Assembly (NCBI GenBank): GCA_027036135.1 | Contig: JALVSY010000030.1 | Span: 64,001-128,000 of the forward strand | Direction: 5' to 3' | Length of the DNA stretch: 64,000 nt | Source of the DNA: Pyrodictiaceae archaeon | GTDB taxonomy: Archaea > Thermoproteota > Thermoprotei_A > Sulfolobales > Pyrodictiaceae | In this document: piece after piece, positions 29,496 through 38,854 of the stretch | How the letters are laid out: each line of letters opens with the position of its first letter | How positions within the stretch are numbered: the stretch's first letter is position 1 | The notes under the pieces: model-generated | Told to the model about the DNA's origin: nothing | Seen by the model: the letters and a program-made list of their open reading frames with translations, nothing else | Database searches by the model: none | Position numbers and translations under genes: made by a program

Positions 29496-31463
29496 TTAGT
29501 AGTAGTACCAGATTGTCTCGTACTCCTTGGGATCATCTCCTATCTCTTCTAGTCGTTTTAAGTAGTCATATATCGGTACATCCACGTATGGCCATGGGCT
29601 TATTGGCGCTACGCCCTTCTCCCATGGATGCCATAGGTATATTCGGTTACCGTACTTCGGTGTTATTGCTATGAGTTCGCGGTCCTGCCATGCTCTTATG
29701 TGGTTCTTTCCTAGTGCTGGCACGTTGAATACTGGCTCGTCGGTACGGAATATTCCTGGGAGTAGTCGTGCCTCCTCTTTTCTCTCCTGCATTATGCGGG
29801 CTATTGGTACTAGGTAGTCTTTCTGCTCGAACTTGCCCTTAGGGTAGAAGTTGTAGTATGGATCAATACCTATTTGTTTTAGCGCTATCCTTGTCGCTAC
29901 GTAGTGGAAGCGCCTGCTTGTCCAGAACCTGAACACTTGCTGGTTGTACACGTAGATTCCTTGTTTTCTTAGCTTCTTAACTGCCTCAGCCATCTCCGGT
30001 GTTACTTCCTCTACTTCCTCAACATGTGTCACGAACGCGATGTTCCTCTTGCCCGGCTCTATGTAGCTTCCGAGCAGCTCTGCTGTCTCATCAGTTATCC
30101 TCATGGGTACTGTTACTACTATTCTGCTACCTATGCGTATATTCTTGACATGGTCTATCTGGGCTAGCTTATCGAGTATTCTTTCTAAGCGCTTCTCGCC
30201 AAGTATCATTGGCTCGCCGCCGGTCAACAACACATCTATTATCGTGTCGTGCTCCGCTATCCACTCAATTGCCTTGTCTATTCTCCAAGGCAGTATTATG
30301 CCCTCAGGGAACATTGCTGACTCTATTTCCCAGTTCCTCTGACAATAGACACAGATCTGTGGACAAGTATCGGATACCTTGATTATCACGACAAGCGGGT
30401 AGCGCCTAGTTATGAGGTCGTGTGGAGAGGTATCACCCTCCCTCATGAAGTCGAACACGTAGCGGCGGTCCTTGCGGTGCTTGATCATTGTCTCAACGTA
30501 CCAGCGAGGAGGTATCACTTGGCTCCTCACGACGGGGTCGTTCTTCCTATCAGCCCTCGTGAAGTCGAATAGGCTTAGATAGTACGGTGTTATGCCGAAG
30601 GGTATCCTATTCTCGATTGCTAGCTTAATGTTCTCAATGTCCTCCTGGGTTAGGGGCACCAGTTCTTTAAGCATCTCAACATGCTTCATTGTCTTGAATA
30701 TGTTGCGGAACTGCCAGTGATAGTCATACCAGTCGTCAAGTGTTCCTCCGAGATAGTCGAGTATCTTTTGCCTATTCTTCTTCCTCTCCTCGATTACCTT
30801 GGGATCAAGTCCGGAGCGGTACCGCTTCACGTAGTTGAGCACAAACCTGCCCATCCTGTCGAGATACTCCGAGCGTAGAAGCGCCGCCTGTCTACCACGT
30901 GAACGAAGGAACTTCAGTATAGGCTCTTCTCCTCCAAGCCTCTCGCCGAGCCACCCCATCGAGAACTTAGCTGTCCCGTGTATTGCTTTGAAGAGGTGGC
31001 GAAACTCCTCTATAAAGCCCATCCCTACCTCGTCGTATACGCTTGGATCATCCTTTGCTAACCGGTAGAGGTATTCGAGGGTACTGAATGTTGCTATTTT
31101 CTCGTTGCGCTTTGAGAGAATATTGCGGAACACATTGATGGCCTGGATTGCGAGCCAGTGATCAATTGGGTGTAGATCTATTTCGCCCTCGCGTATCTTG
31201 AACTCCCAGCTGGAGAGGTAAGCGTAAAGCTTCTTGCGAGCAGTCTCTAGGTCAGGAGCCTCCTTCAATATCTTATAGATGGCCGGGGCCTCGACCCACA
31301 TGCGCTCAACGTCTTCCCGGGTTATCGGATAGTAGCGCCAGGGAACCTCAGCAAGTATATCAACACGCGCCTCATGAATATCCTCTAGGTAATAGCGAAC
31401 CAACAAAGGCCTTCTCATATAATTTCTATTCATTCCCTCTACATTTCTTATCTCAAAAACCAT
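29496..31463 (-). CDS. KamA family radical SAM protein (lysine 2,3-aminomutase-like, long form)
   Basis: ITPYYLSL, ITRRYP, CPQICVYCQR, LLTGGEP, RIGSR, PYY. Confidence 0.92.
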   Translation of the reverse strand: MVFEIRNVEGMNRNYMRRPLLVRYYLEDIHEARVDILAEVPWRYYPITREDVERMWVEAPAIYKILKEAPDLETARKKLYAYLSSWEFKIREGEIDLHPIDHWLAIQAINVFRNILSKRNEKIATFSTLEYLYRLAKDDPSVYDEVGMGFIEEFRHLFKAIHGTAKFSMGWLGERLGGEEPILKFLRSRGRQAALLRSEYLDRMGRFVLNYVKRYRSGLDPKVIEERKKNRQKILDYLGGTLDDWYDYHWQFRNIFKTMKHVEMLKELVPLTQEDIENIKLAIENRIPFGITPYYLSLFDFTRADRKNDPVVRSQVIPPRWYVETMIKHRKDRRYVFDFMREGDTSPHDLITRRYPLVVIIKVSDTCPQICVYCQRNWEIESAMFPEGIILPWRIDKAIEWIAEHDTIIDVLLTGGEPMILGEKRLERILDKLAQIDHVKNIRIGSRIVVTVPMRITDETAELLGSYIEPGKRNIAFVTHVEEVEEVTPEMAEAVKKLRKQGIYVYNQQVFRFWTSRRFHYVATRIALKQIGIDPYYNFYPKGKFEQKDYLVPIARIMQERKEEARLLPGIFRTDEPVFNVPALGKNHIRAWQDRELIAITPKYGNRIYLWHPWEKGVAPISPWPYVDVPIYDYLKRLEEIGDDPKEYETIWYYY

Positions 31464-31646
31464 TTTTACACCTCCGCGCCTATAATGGAAGCAAACTCAT
31501 TATAATATTTTATTACTCTTCTTTTAAATATCAATAAGCATCAATACTCTTCCTAGAAATTCGATATTAATAAATAATTTTATATATAATTATTAAATAT
31601 ATAAGGGATAATATTAGATAAAAAGAAAAGAACGGAAACCTGCAGG

Positions 31647-31691
31647 GCCGCCGGCGGGATTTGAGCCCCGCGACCACCAGCTTACAAGGCC
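31647..31691 (-). repeat. att-like partial duplicate of the tRNA-Thr 3' half
   Basis: GCCGCCGGCGGGATTTGA..CCCGCGACCACC.GCTTACAAGGCC matches 33176-33219 with about 3 differences. Confidence 0.9.
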
Positions 31692-32298
31692 AGAGACACA
31701 AATAGAGATGTTTCGAAAAACTATGGAAGACTGAAACTTCTATGCGTAGCCGACTATCATGGCACATAGTCATGCCTGCCTACTGAAACGCTAATATGGT
31801 AAACTGGTCATCATACTAGAACTGAACAGATAGCCTGTCCGCCTCGCCCTTTGATAGGGGTGTAGAACAGGGTGCAGAGGCTCAGAGCGTTTCACGACTC
31901 CTGGCTGCTCTCCTCCAGCATGCACGCTTTCCTTGCTGGCAGGGGAGCCAGTATGTTAGGCTCCGAATCATTCATTCTGTCTGAGAGAGAAATATTAAGA
32001 TTTATAGTAAAGGATGAGTTGTTGTGCTTTGGACGCGGTTAAGGCTAGGGTCTACCGGAGCATAGATGAGCTTTCCGAGGTATTAGAGCCCAGCAGGTAC
32101 ATTATCAGGGGCATAGAGATAGTGGCCATGAGCCCGTGGAGATGGAGGAGCTAGCCTACCAGCTCTACAAGAACAAGAGGTCCATAGATAAAACATAGCA
32201 GCAAGAGCTGAGTCTAAGAAGGGCCGCCTTTATGCTCTTAGAACATAATTGGGTCAGCATGTTAATTAGACTCCATAACTATACCTATTCGAGGATGG

Positions 32299-32586
32299 GT
32301 GCTAACCGTGACCGAGCAAGTTGAGGTTAAGATAAGGATTCCTAGTGAGCTAGCTGGGCTAGCGAGACCACGTAGCGTCGAGGAGGAGCTAAGGCTACTA
32401 GTGGCACTTGAACTCTACCGTGAGGGGAGGGTTTCGCTGGGGAAGGCTGCTGAGCTAGCTGGGTTAAGTCTTAGAGAGTTTCTCTACGAGCTACGCTCTA
32501 GAAGAGTACCGCTAAACTACGACCTTGAGGAGCTTGAGAAGGATATGGAGACCGTGAGAATGCTCGTAGAAGACAAAGGGGGCTAG
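32299..32586 (+). CDS. UPF0175 family antitoxin
   Basis: LYREGRVSLGKAAELAGLS..EF..EL. Confidence 0.9.
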   Translation: MLTVTEQVEVKIRIPSELAGLARPRSVEEELRLLVALELYREGRVSLGKAAELAGLSLREFLYELRSRRVPLNYDLEELEKDMETVRMLVEDKGG

Positions 32587-32591
32587 ATTTT

Positions 32592-33049
32592 ATGAAGGCT
32601 GTAGTCGATACTAGCGTGCTGATAGCGCTCTCTAATATTGGCAGGCTTGGGTTGCTAAGAGAACTTTTTCTCTAATGTACTAGTGCCTAAGGCTGTAGCA
32701 GAAGAGTATGGCGAGCCTCTACCAAGTTGGATAAAAGGTCTTGGAAGTTAAAGATAAGCATCTTGTTCAAGTCTTACTAGAATACCTGCACAGAGGGGAG
32801 GCCGAGGCAATAGCCTTAGCAGTAGAGTTGCAGGGAGCAATAATAGCCCTAGATGATAAGAAGGCTAGAATAACGGCTAGAAGACTAGGATTGAAGGTAA
32901 TAGGTACACTCGGCATCCTTATTCTAGCTAAAAAGAAGGGCCTCATAAGCGACTTAAGGGAGGAAATAGAGAAGCTCCTCCACATATCCTTCCGACTCTC
33001 CCAAGAAGTAATCCAAGAGGCGCTAAAGAGGGCTGAAAAGGACTGCTAA
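32592..33049 (+). pseudogene. DUF3368-type PIN toxin with two +1 frameshifts
   Basis: MKAVVDTSVLIAL...GEAEAIALA...LDD..AR...GTLGIL; extra bases in the T run near 32665 and the A run near 32735. Confidence 0.85.
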
Positions 33050-33171
33050 GAGACCAATAAGCAAAATTTTGAAATATGATCAATCATAAGCGATTCTAGC
33101 TAAACCTTCACGCTATAGTGTCAGAGGCCTAAAGTAGCCTATACACAATAGAGGTTTTTGAGACATTTAGG

Positions 33172-33247
33172 TGGAGCCGCCGGCGGGATTTGAACCCGCG
33201 ACCACCGGCTTACAAGGCCGGCGCTCTGCCCGCTGAGCTACGGCGGC
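33172..33247 (-). tRNA. tRNA-Thr(TGT)
   Basis: Cloverleaf, anticodon loop CT-TGT-AA, CCA encoded. Confidence 0.96.
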
Positions 33248-33388
33248 GCCTTGTTAGCTAGGCGGCTCCGTATGATTGTGGTCTCTACTCTGGTTTGGTG
33301 TTTTAATCCCTTGCGGCCCTTAGGAGCTGCCTGGTGTTATTTTAGGGGGTTGTTTGTTGATTAGATGCTTCGTTTATGGGTATGAGTA

Positions 33389-34012
33389 GTGGTTGATGCC
33401 AGGCTCGAGGAGTACGAGGATTATACTAAGCGGTTTATTAGACTCGGTATTGGTGAATTGTTTAGGTTTAGGTGTACTCGTTGTGGTCGTTGTTGTAGCG
33501 GCGGCCCTAATGTCTCTCTCACTGTGTTTGATGTTGTTCGTATGGCTCGTTTTCTCTCAATTAGTTGGAAGGGTTTCCTTAAGGGCTATGTGAAGGTTAT
33601 TATAGCTGATATTGTGCCTCATATGCTTCTGCGGGGCGATGAGCGGGGGCGTTGCTTGTTTTTGGCTGAGAAGGCTTCGGGGGAGAAGCTCTGTGTTATC
33701 TATCCCGCTAGGCCTATGAGGTGCCGCTTATATCCGGTACTTGTTGAGGACTTGTCGGGTAAGAGGGTTTATCTTGATCCGCGGTCTCCCGGTGTTGGCC
33801 GTGGTGTTTTGAGGCCTTTGCCTAGGAGGCTTATTGAGCACTATATATGGGAGCGTAGGGAGCATTATCGCCGCCTTTACCGCGTTATTGTTGAGGAGGG
33901 GGCTAGGCCTATTGAGGGTCTTTACCGCGTCTTGGAGGAGGCTTGGAGGGAGGCTGAGGAGGGAGCGGAGTGGGCTGATCTGGACTACTTGGCGAGTCTT
34001 GGCTCGGTGTAA
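33389..34012 (+). CDS. YkgJ-family cysteine-cluster protein
   Basis: F.CTRCGRCC, C.FL, C.IY.ARP..CRLYP. Confidence 0.88.
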   Translation: MVDARLEEYEDYTKRFIRLGIGELFRFRCTRCGRCCSGGPNVSLTVFDVVRMARFLSISWKGFLKGYVKVIIADIVPHMLLRGDERGRCLFLAEKASGEKLCVIYPARPMRCRLYPVLVEDLSGKRVYLDPRSPGVGRGVLRPLPRRLIEHYIWERREHYRRLYRVIVEEGARPIEGLYRVLEEAWREAEEGAEWADLDYLASLGSV

Positions 34013-34052
34013 CTAGTGGCTTGGACCCGTGGGGCCTAGTTCCTAAATACTC

Positions 34053-34841
34053 GTGTCTCGCGAGAACGGAGGTCTCTGGTTGGGGCGCTGGTCTGGGATG
34101 GTTGATGTATCAAGGCTTGATCCCCGTAGGAGGGTTGAGATCTATATAGCTAACGTGGAGCATGTCGTGGATAAGCTGAGAAGCCTTAGCGATGCAAGGG
34201 CTAGGCGCTTGCTTGACCTTGTCTCGCGCTACGTGGAGGATGCCAAGTACTTCTTGGATAAGGGGGACTACTTCACGGCGTTGGCCGATATAGCCTATGC
34301 TGAGGGCCTTGTTGATGCTTTACGATGGCTTGGTATAGCTGAGTTTGAGTGGAGAAGGCCTTCTGAGCTCTTGGAGAGGCCGAGAGTAGTTGTTGCCGGG
34401 ACCTTTGATATTATTCATCCAGGCCACGTGGGCTTGCTCCGGGAGGCTTGGAGGCTTGGCAGGGTCCACGTGATTGTCGCGAGGGATGACTCTGTTAGGA
34501 AGATTAAGGGCCGAGAACCCTTTGTGCCCGAGGAGCAGAGGCTACAAGTAGTGTCGGCGATAAGGTACGTGTACGAGGCAAAGCTTGGGAGCAAGACTGA
34601 CTTCCTCGAGCCTCTCCGTGAGATTAAGCCGGACATAGTCCTCCTGGGCCCCGATCAATGGGCTGATGAGGAGTGGCTCGCTAGGCGCTTAGAGGCAGAG
34701 GGCGTAAGGGCCAAGGTGATAAGACTACGTGAAAAGATACGGTGCCCGCTATGCAGCTCAACAAGTATTGCTTGTAGGGTGCTGGAGGTCTTGCCGAGGG
34801 ATGCTTGCAGGGGCGGAGGGAAGGAAGAGGAACAGGGCTAG
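34053..34841 (+). CDS. ribL: DUF357 domain fused to archaeal FAD synthetase (cytidylyltransferase family)
   Basis: Y..DAKYF...GD..TAL...AYAEG..DAL; GTFDIIHPGH, LGPDQ, SSTSI. Confidence 0.8.
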   Translation: MSRENGGLWLGRWSGMVDVSRLDPRRRVEIYIANVEHVVDKLRSLSDARARRLLDLVSRYVEDAKYFLDKGDYFTALADIAYAEGLVDALRWLGIAEFEWRRPSELLERPRVVVAGTFDIIHPGHVGLLREAWRLGRVHVIVARDDSVRKIKGREPFVPEEQRLQVVSAIRYVYEAKLGSKTDFLEPLREIKPDIVLLGPDQWADEEWLARRLEAEGVRAKVIRLREKIRCPLCSSTSIACRVLEVLPRDACRGGGKEEEQG

Positions 34842-34850
34842 AAGGGCTTA

Positions 34851-35477
34851 CTAGACGCCCTCGGTGTATGCTACGTATAGTTTCTTGAGCATCTTTACGG
34901 GCTCAGAGGAGAAGTCTACTCGTAGGTCAATTATCTTGTCGTAGTATGGTGTATACTCGGTCTGCCCAACCACTAGGAGTGCTGCTGAGCGGTCACCTCT
35001 CCTATCACCACCGGCTCGGTGTGCAGCCTCTATTGCCGCTAGTAGGCGCTCTGCAAGACTTCCCCGCGAAGAGCTGTAAGCATCTATGGCGTTCTTGCAG
35101 ACCGAGGGCCCCTTAACCAAGTTAGCTATGCACACAACCGGCTCGCTCAGGTGGAGATGGTAACCGTGCCACTGCGGAGTCCAGTCACCATCGTGTACAG
35201 CTATGTCTCCTCGATAATCAATAACCGCTACTTGGCGGTGAGCAGGGCTTGGGTCACGAGCAAGTGCCTGGCGTAGAGCCTCCTCCGCGGTATAGGACTG
35301 TGATAGCAGCTCAAGAACCATTGGGCCTAGGGCTGGGTTCGTATAAGCCTGTGTAGCCACGACACCGACCCCGTGACGGGCCCAGGGAACCCTGGCACCG
35401 ACAGCCACACTGCCAGAGACCACCGCTACACCGGCTTGGCCGAGGAGCGGGTCATAGGCTAGCACGCTATAAGTCAA
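34851..35477 (-). CDS. DUF1028 Ntn-hydrolase-like protein
   Basis: MTYSV.A.D, VATQA, RQV, GGDRRG.RSAA, DLRVD. Confidence 0.9.
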   Translation of the reverse strand: MTYSVLAYDPLLGQAGVAVVSGSVAVGARVPWARHGVGVVATQAYTNPALGPMVLELLSQSYTAEEALRQALARDPSPAHRQVAVIDYRGDIAVHDGDWTPQWHGYHLHLSEPVVCIANLVKGPSVCKNAIDAYSSSRGSLAERLLAAIEAAHRAGGDRRGDRSAALLVVGQTEYTPYYDKIIDLRVDFSSEPVKMLKKLYVAYTEGV

Positions 35478-35615
35478 GGCTCTCTAGCACCCACTTTATA
35501 TTGGAGAGATGCCGCTGAACAAAACGTGTAACTCGGATAAGAAAACCTAGGTCCAATAAATTGTATCAATTATATCCATAGTATCTCGGCCACCAGAATC
35601 AGTTGGTTTAGAGTC

Positions 35616-35822
35616 TTATACTATGTATAGCTGCTTTCTAACCTCCTCGGGTACCTCGTCTTCACGTAGAACTGGGTAGGTTGCTGGGGCATCTCTCCTC
35701 TTAGGGCCGATCACGACGTAGCGGGATGGATCGGTCTCGTTTCTGCTCTTAAGTACTCTAACCTTTACGTACCATCCATCGTTTCTTAGCACGTAGGCAT
35801 ATTTGCCGTGCTTCCCGCCCAT
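35616..35822 (-). CDS. small conserved crenarchaeal protein (DUF5622-like)
   Basis: KHGKY.YV.R.DG.YVKVRVLK; GGGTG RBS. Confidence 0.75.
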   Translation of the reverse strand: MGGKHGKYAYVLRNDGWYVKVRVLKSRNETDPSRYVVIGPKRRDAPATYPVLREDEVPEEVRKQLYIV

Positions 35823-35963
35823 AACTAGTGCACCCCGTATAGGGAGGGCTTGGAGGCGCTGGGAAGATATAAGCCTTAGAGTTCCTCTTTCTAGGCTATT
35901 ACCCGGGGTAATCCTCTGGCTACTGTATAATTAATGTATAGATCCGCTGCACGCGGGTGAGGG

Positions 35964-36629
35964 GTGATCATCTCGGTGTCTGAGAGCTCTCTGAGTAGGA
36001 TCCGTGTAGAAGTACCCGAGGTACCAGTTAAGGAGAAGGTAGAGCTTAACGCTGACAAGTCTGCTCTTATAATAGTTGATATGCAGAATGACTTTGTGAA
36101 GCCTGGTGGGAAGCTGCGCGTGCCTAGCGCTGAGGAGACTATTGGCCCTATTAGGCTTCTCTTGGAGAGAGCCCGCGAGAAGCAGGTAATGACTGTCTTT
36201 ACACAGGATACGCATTATCCTGGGGATCCCGAGTTCGGTATCTGGGGTGAGCATGTAGTTAAGGGTACGTGGGGCTGGAGGATAATTGATGAGTTAGCTC
36301 CGCTTCCTGGAGAGATAGTGGTTGAGAAGACGAGGTACGATGGGTTCTACGGTACCCCGCTTGATGATCTCCTACGCGTCCATGGTATACGTGATGTCGT
36401 GGTTGTCGGGACTGTTGCTAACATATGTGTTCTCCATACTGCTGCTAGTGCTGCTTTACGCTGGTACCGCGTCTATATCCCGATGGACGGGATTAGTGCC
36501 CTCAATGAGTTCGACTACTATGCTACGCTGCGACAGGTTAGCTTCCTATACCGTGGGGTTATAGTGAGGCGTGCCGAGGGTATAGTGTTTAGGGGTACTG
36601 GTAAGTGGAAGCGGAGTCGCCAGGCATAG
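35964..36629 (+). CDS. isochorismatase/nicotinamidase-family cysteine hydrolase
   Basis: IVDMQNDF, QDTH, EKTRY.GF, ANICV. Confidence 0.92.
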   Translation: MIISVSESSLSRIRVEVPEVPVKEKVELNADKSALIIVDMQNDFVKPGGKLRVPSAEETIGPIRLLLERAREKQVMTVFTQDTHYPGDPEFGIWGEHVVKGTWGWRIIDELAPLPGEIVVEKTRYDGFYGTPLDDLLRVHGIRDVVVVGTVANICVLHTAASAALRWYRVYIPMDGISALNEFDYYATLRQVSFLYRGVIVRRAEGIVFRGTGKWKRSRQA

Positions 36630-38452
36630 CGTTTCCCTATGATAGGCCTAGGCCTGGCCAGCTTGAGGCAGCTAGGCTGATAAGCGAAGCTATTAGTGAG
36701 GGCCGTGTAGTAGCGCTTCGTGCACCCACGGGGTTCGGCAAGACAGCTACCATAATCAAGGGCTTGTTGGATTCCGGAGCTAAGCGCGTAATCTATGTTG
36801 TGCGGACGCGTAACGAGATACAGCCAGTGATCCGGGAGCTCAGGCGCTTCGGACTAAGAGATTATACTTTCCTCTATAGCGCTAGGCGGATGTGCCCTCT
36901 TCTAGAAGAAGAGAACCTGGGTGTAGATGATTTCTGGAATACTTGTAGGCTTCTAAGGCTCCGAGGAGAATGCGCTTATTACTCATCGCTCTCCGAGGTA
37001 AACGAGGATGATGTGCGCCGAGTTGTTTCCTCCAAGGACTCGCCACGAGGAATAGTCAAGGACCTAGCCCATATGGGTGTATGCCCCTTCTTTGCGCTCA
37101 AGTTATTAGTGTCGTCGGCTCACATAGTTGTGGCTACTTATCCTTACCTGTTCCGGGAGGATATATTCGAGACCGTGTTCGAGCCCTTTACGCTAAGCGA
37201 TTTCGTCATAGTAGTTGATGAGGCGCACTCTCTCCTTAACCTGCAGTCATTGTTTGAGGCTCGGCTTAGTGTCCGCGACATAGAGCTAGCAATAACCGAG
37301 ATAGAGAACTATAACCTGCCGTTAGAACTCGCTGAGAAACTGGAAGAGCTTAGAGAAATCGCTGCGAATGCAAAGGCCTCGGAGAAGCTAACGAGACTAA
37401 GTATTGACGATATACGAGAGGTACTAGAGGAGCCGAGTATTTGGAGAGATGCTGCAGAGGAGGTGCGTTTAGAGAAGACGAGGGAGCGATTAGAAGAGGG
37501 TGCACCAGTCTCCTTATCGGTTGCGCTGACTAGGGTTGCTGTCTTCGCGGATGCTGCTTGGAGGAAGAGTGTGGGAGCCTACTTGTCTAGGAATAACAAC
37601 ACAGTGCTGAAGATACTCCCTCTTGAACCCTGCGACATAGTGGGCAATGTTATTAACAATGCCAGAGCAGCTATTCTCGCGAGCGGCACTCTCCCCGAAC
37701 GAGATGCTATTAGAACACTTATGTGTATAGAGAAGGAACTCGTATACCTAGATGTAGAGGAGCTCTATGGTCCCATCTTTCCACAAGAAACCCTCGCGGT
37801 AATGGTTACCGCGGAGCTGACGTCTAGGTACTCTATGAGAAGTACTAGAATGTACCGTCTCTACGCCGAGTATATTGCAGAGGCATACCATGCTACTAAG
37901 CGCTCAGTGCTAGCCGTGTACCCGAGCTACGAGATGCTAAGGAGCATCCATAGCTTCCTCTCAGCAATGCTCGGAGACAAGCTGATAAGCGAGAATAGGG
38001 GTACCTCGATAGAGGATGTCGCTGAGAGAGTTCGTAGAGAAAAACACGTAGTAATAGAGGCGGTTGCTGGCGGGAAGCTAACAGAGGGCATCGAGCTACG
38101 AGATAATCGTGGCCAAAGCCTGGTCTCCGTGGTCTTTGTTGCTGGTGTCCCTTATCCACTGCCAGACGACTATGTAGAGGACCAGGTAGAGACAATAGCA
38201 GAGAAAATAGGCGAGCAAAAAGCCAAGACAATGTTCTTCGAGGTAAACGCTGCTATGAGGATATTACAGGCCGTGGGAAGGGCTCGTAGAAGCTCAGAGG
38301 ATACCGCTCTCGTGGTTCTCGGCGACTATAGGTTCCTTAGACGTGGTATCCGGAGGCACATTAGTGAACTGACTCGGAGGTATAGAGTAGTTAACTCCAT
38401 TGAGGAGTACCGGGCCCTGGTAAAGGAAGTGGCCCAGGCCCTTGACCTATAG
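36605..38452 (+). CDS. xpd: XPD/Rad3 Fe-S DNA helicase
   Basis: APTGFGKT, Fe-S Cys residues, DEAH, SGT, QAVGR..R. Confidence 0.92.
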   Translation: MEAESPGIAFPYDRPRPGQLEAARLISEAISEGRVVALRAPTGFGKTATIIKGLLDSGAKRVIYVVRTRNEIQPVIRELRRFGLRDYTFLYSARRMCPLLEEENLGVDDFWNTCRLLRLRGECAYYSSLSEVNEDDVRRVVSSKDSPRGIVKDLAHMGVCPFFALKLLVSSAHIVVATYPYLFREDIFETVFEPFTLSDFVIVVDEAHSLLNLQSLFEARLSVRDIELAITEIENYNLPLELAEKLEELREIAANAKASEKLTRLSIDDIREVLEEPSIWRDAAEEVRLEKTRERLEEGAPVSLSVALTRVAVFADAAWRKSVGAYLSRNNNTVLKILPLEPCDIVGNVINNARAAILASGTLPERDAIRTLMCIEKELVYLDVEELYGPIFPQETLAVMVTAELTSRYSMRSTRMYRLYAEYIAEAYHATKRSVLAVYPSYEMLRSIHSFLSAMLGDKLISENRGTSIEDVAERVRREKHVVIEAVAGGKLTEGIELRDNRGQSLVSVVFVAGVPYPLPDDYVEDQVETIAEKIGEQKAKTMFFEVNAAMRILQAVGRARRSSEDTALVVLGDYRFLRRGIRRHISELTRRYRVVNSIEEYRALVKEVAQALDL

Positions 38453-38504
38453 CTGCTCCGGGATAGAAACCTTATTCTAGGAACCAGCGGGCCTCATCTA
38501 AGCG

Positions 38505-38595
38505 TGGAACCCCGGTCCCCTGCAACTCGACCCCGTGTCCCGGGGCTAGATGGGCAGGGGGCGGGTCACTCCCGGCCGTCCTTCCTCATTACATT
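38505..38595. ncRNA. GC-rich structured intergenic element, possible sRNA
   Basis: Nested stems CCCCTGC/GCAGGGG and CCCCG/CGGGG; ATGAGGA on the minus strand. Confidence 0.35.
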
Positions 38596-38680
38596 TTGTT
38601 CTCCGAGCGCGGTGAACGGGGCTATTAAATACCGGTAAGCCCAGGCTAGTCCTTGCTCCTGGGGAGGAGGTGGCCTCTGC

Positions 38681-38854
38681 ATGAGCCTCGAAGAACTGGG
38701 CAAGATAGCGAGCAAGTACCTTAACCAGCTCGACGAGGAGTATAAGAGAGTAATTGAGAGCGAGCTGGAGGCCTACGCTAGGGAGCTGATAAATAAGCGC
38801 ATAGAGTCCCTTGAGCCCCTTCGGAGAAAGATAACTGGGCTCTTTAGGGCTTAG
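38681..38854 (+). CDS. small helical hypothetical protein (57 aa)
   Basis: MSLEELGKIASKYLNQLDEEY...ITGLFRA*; GGAGGTG RBS; below the ORF-track cutoff. Confidence 0.65.
   Translation: MSLEELGKIASKYLNQLDEEYKRVIESELEAYARELINKRIESLEPLRRKITGLFRA

Larger units (their letters stand above)
31647..33219. mobile_element. decayed element integrated at tRNA-Thr
   Basis: Bounded by the att direct repeats; carries a toxin-antitoxin pair; no intact integrase. Confidence 0.75.
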
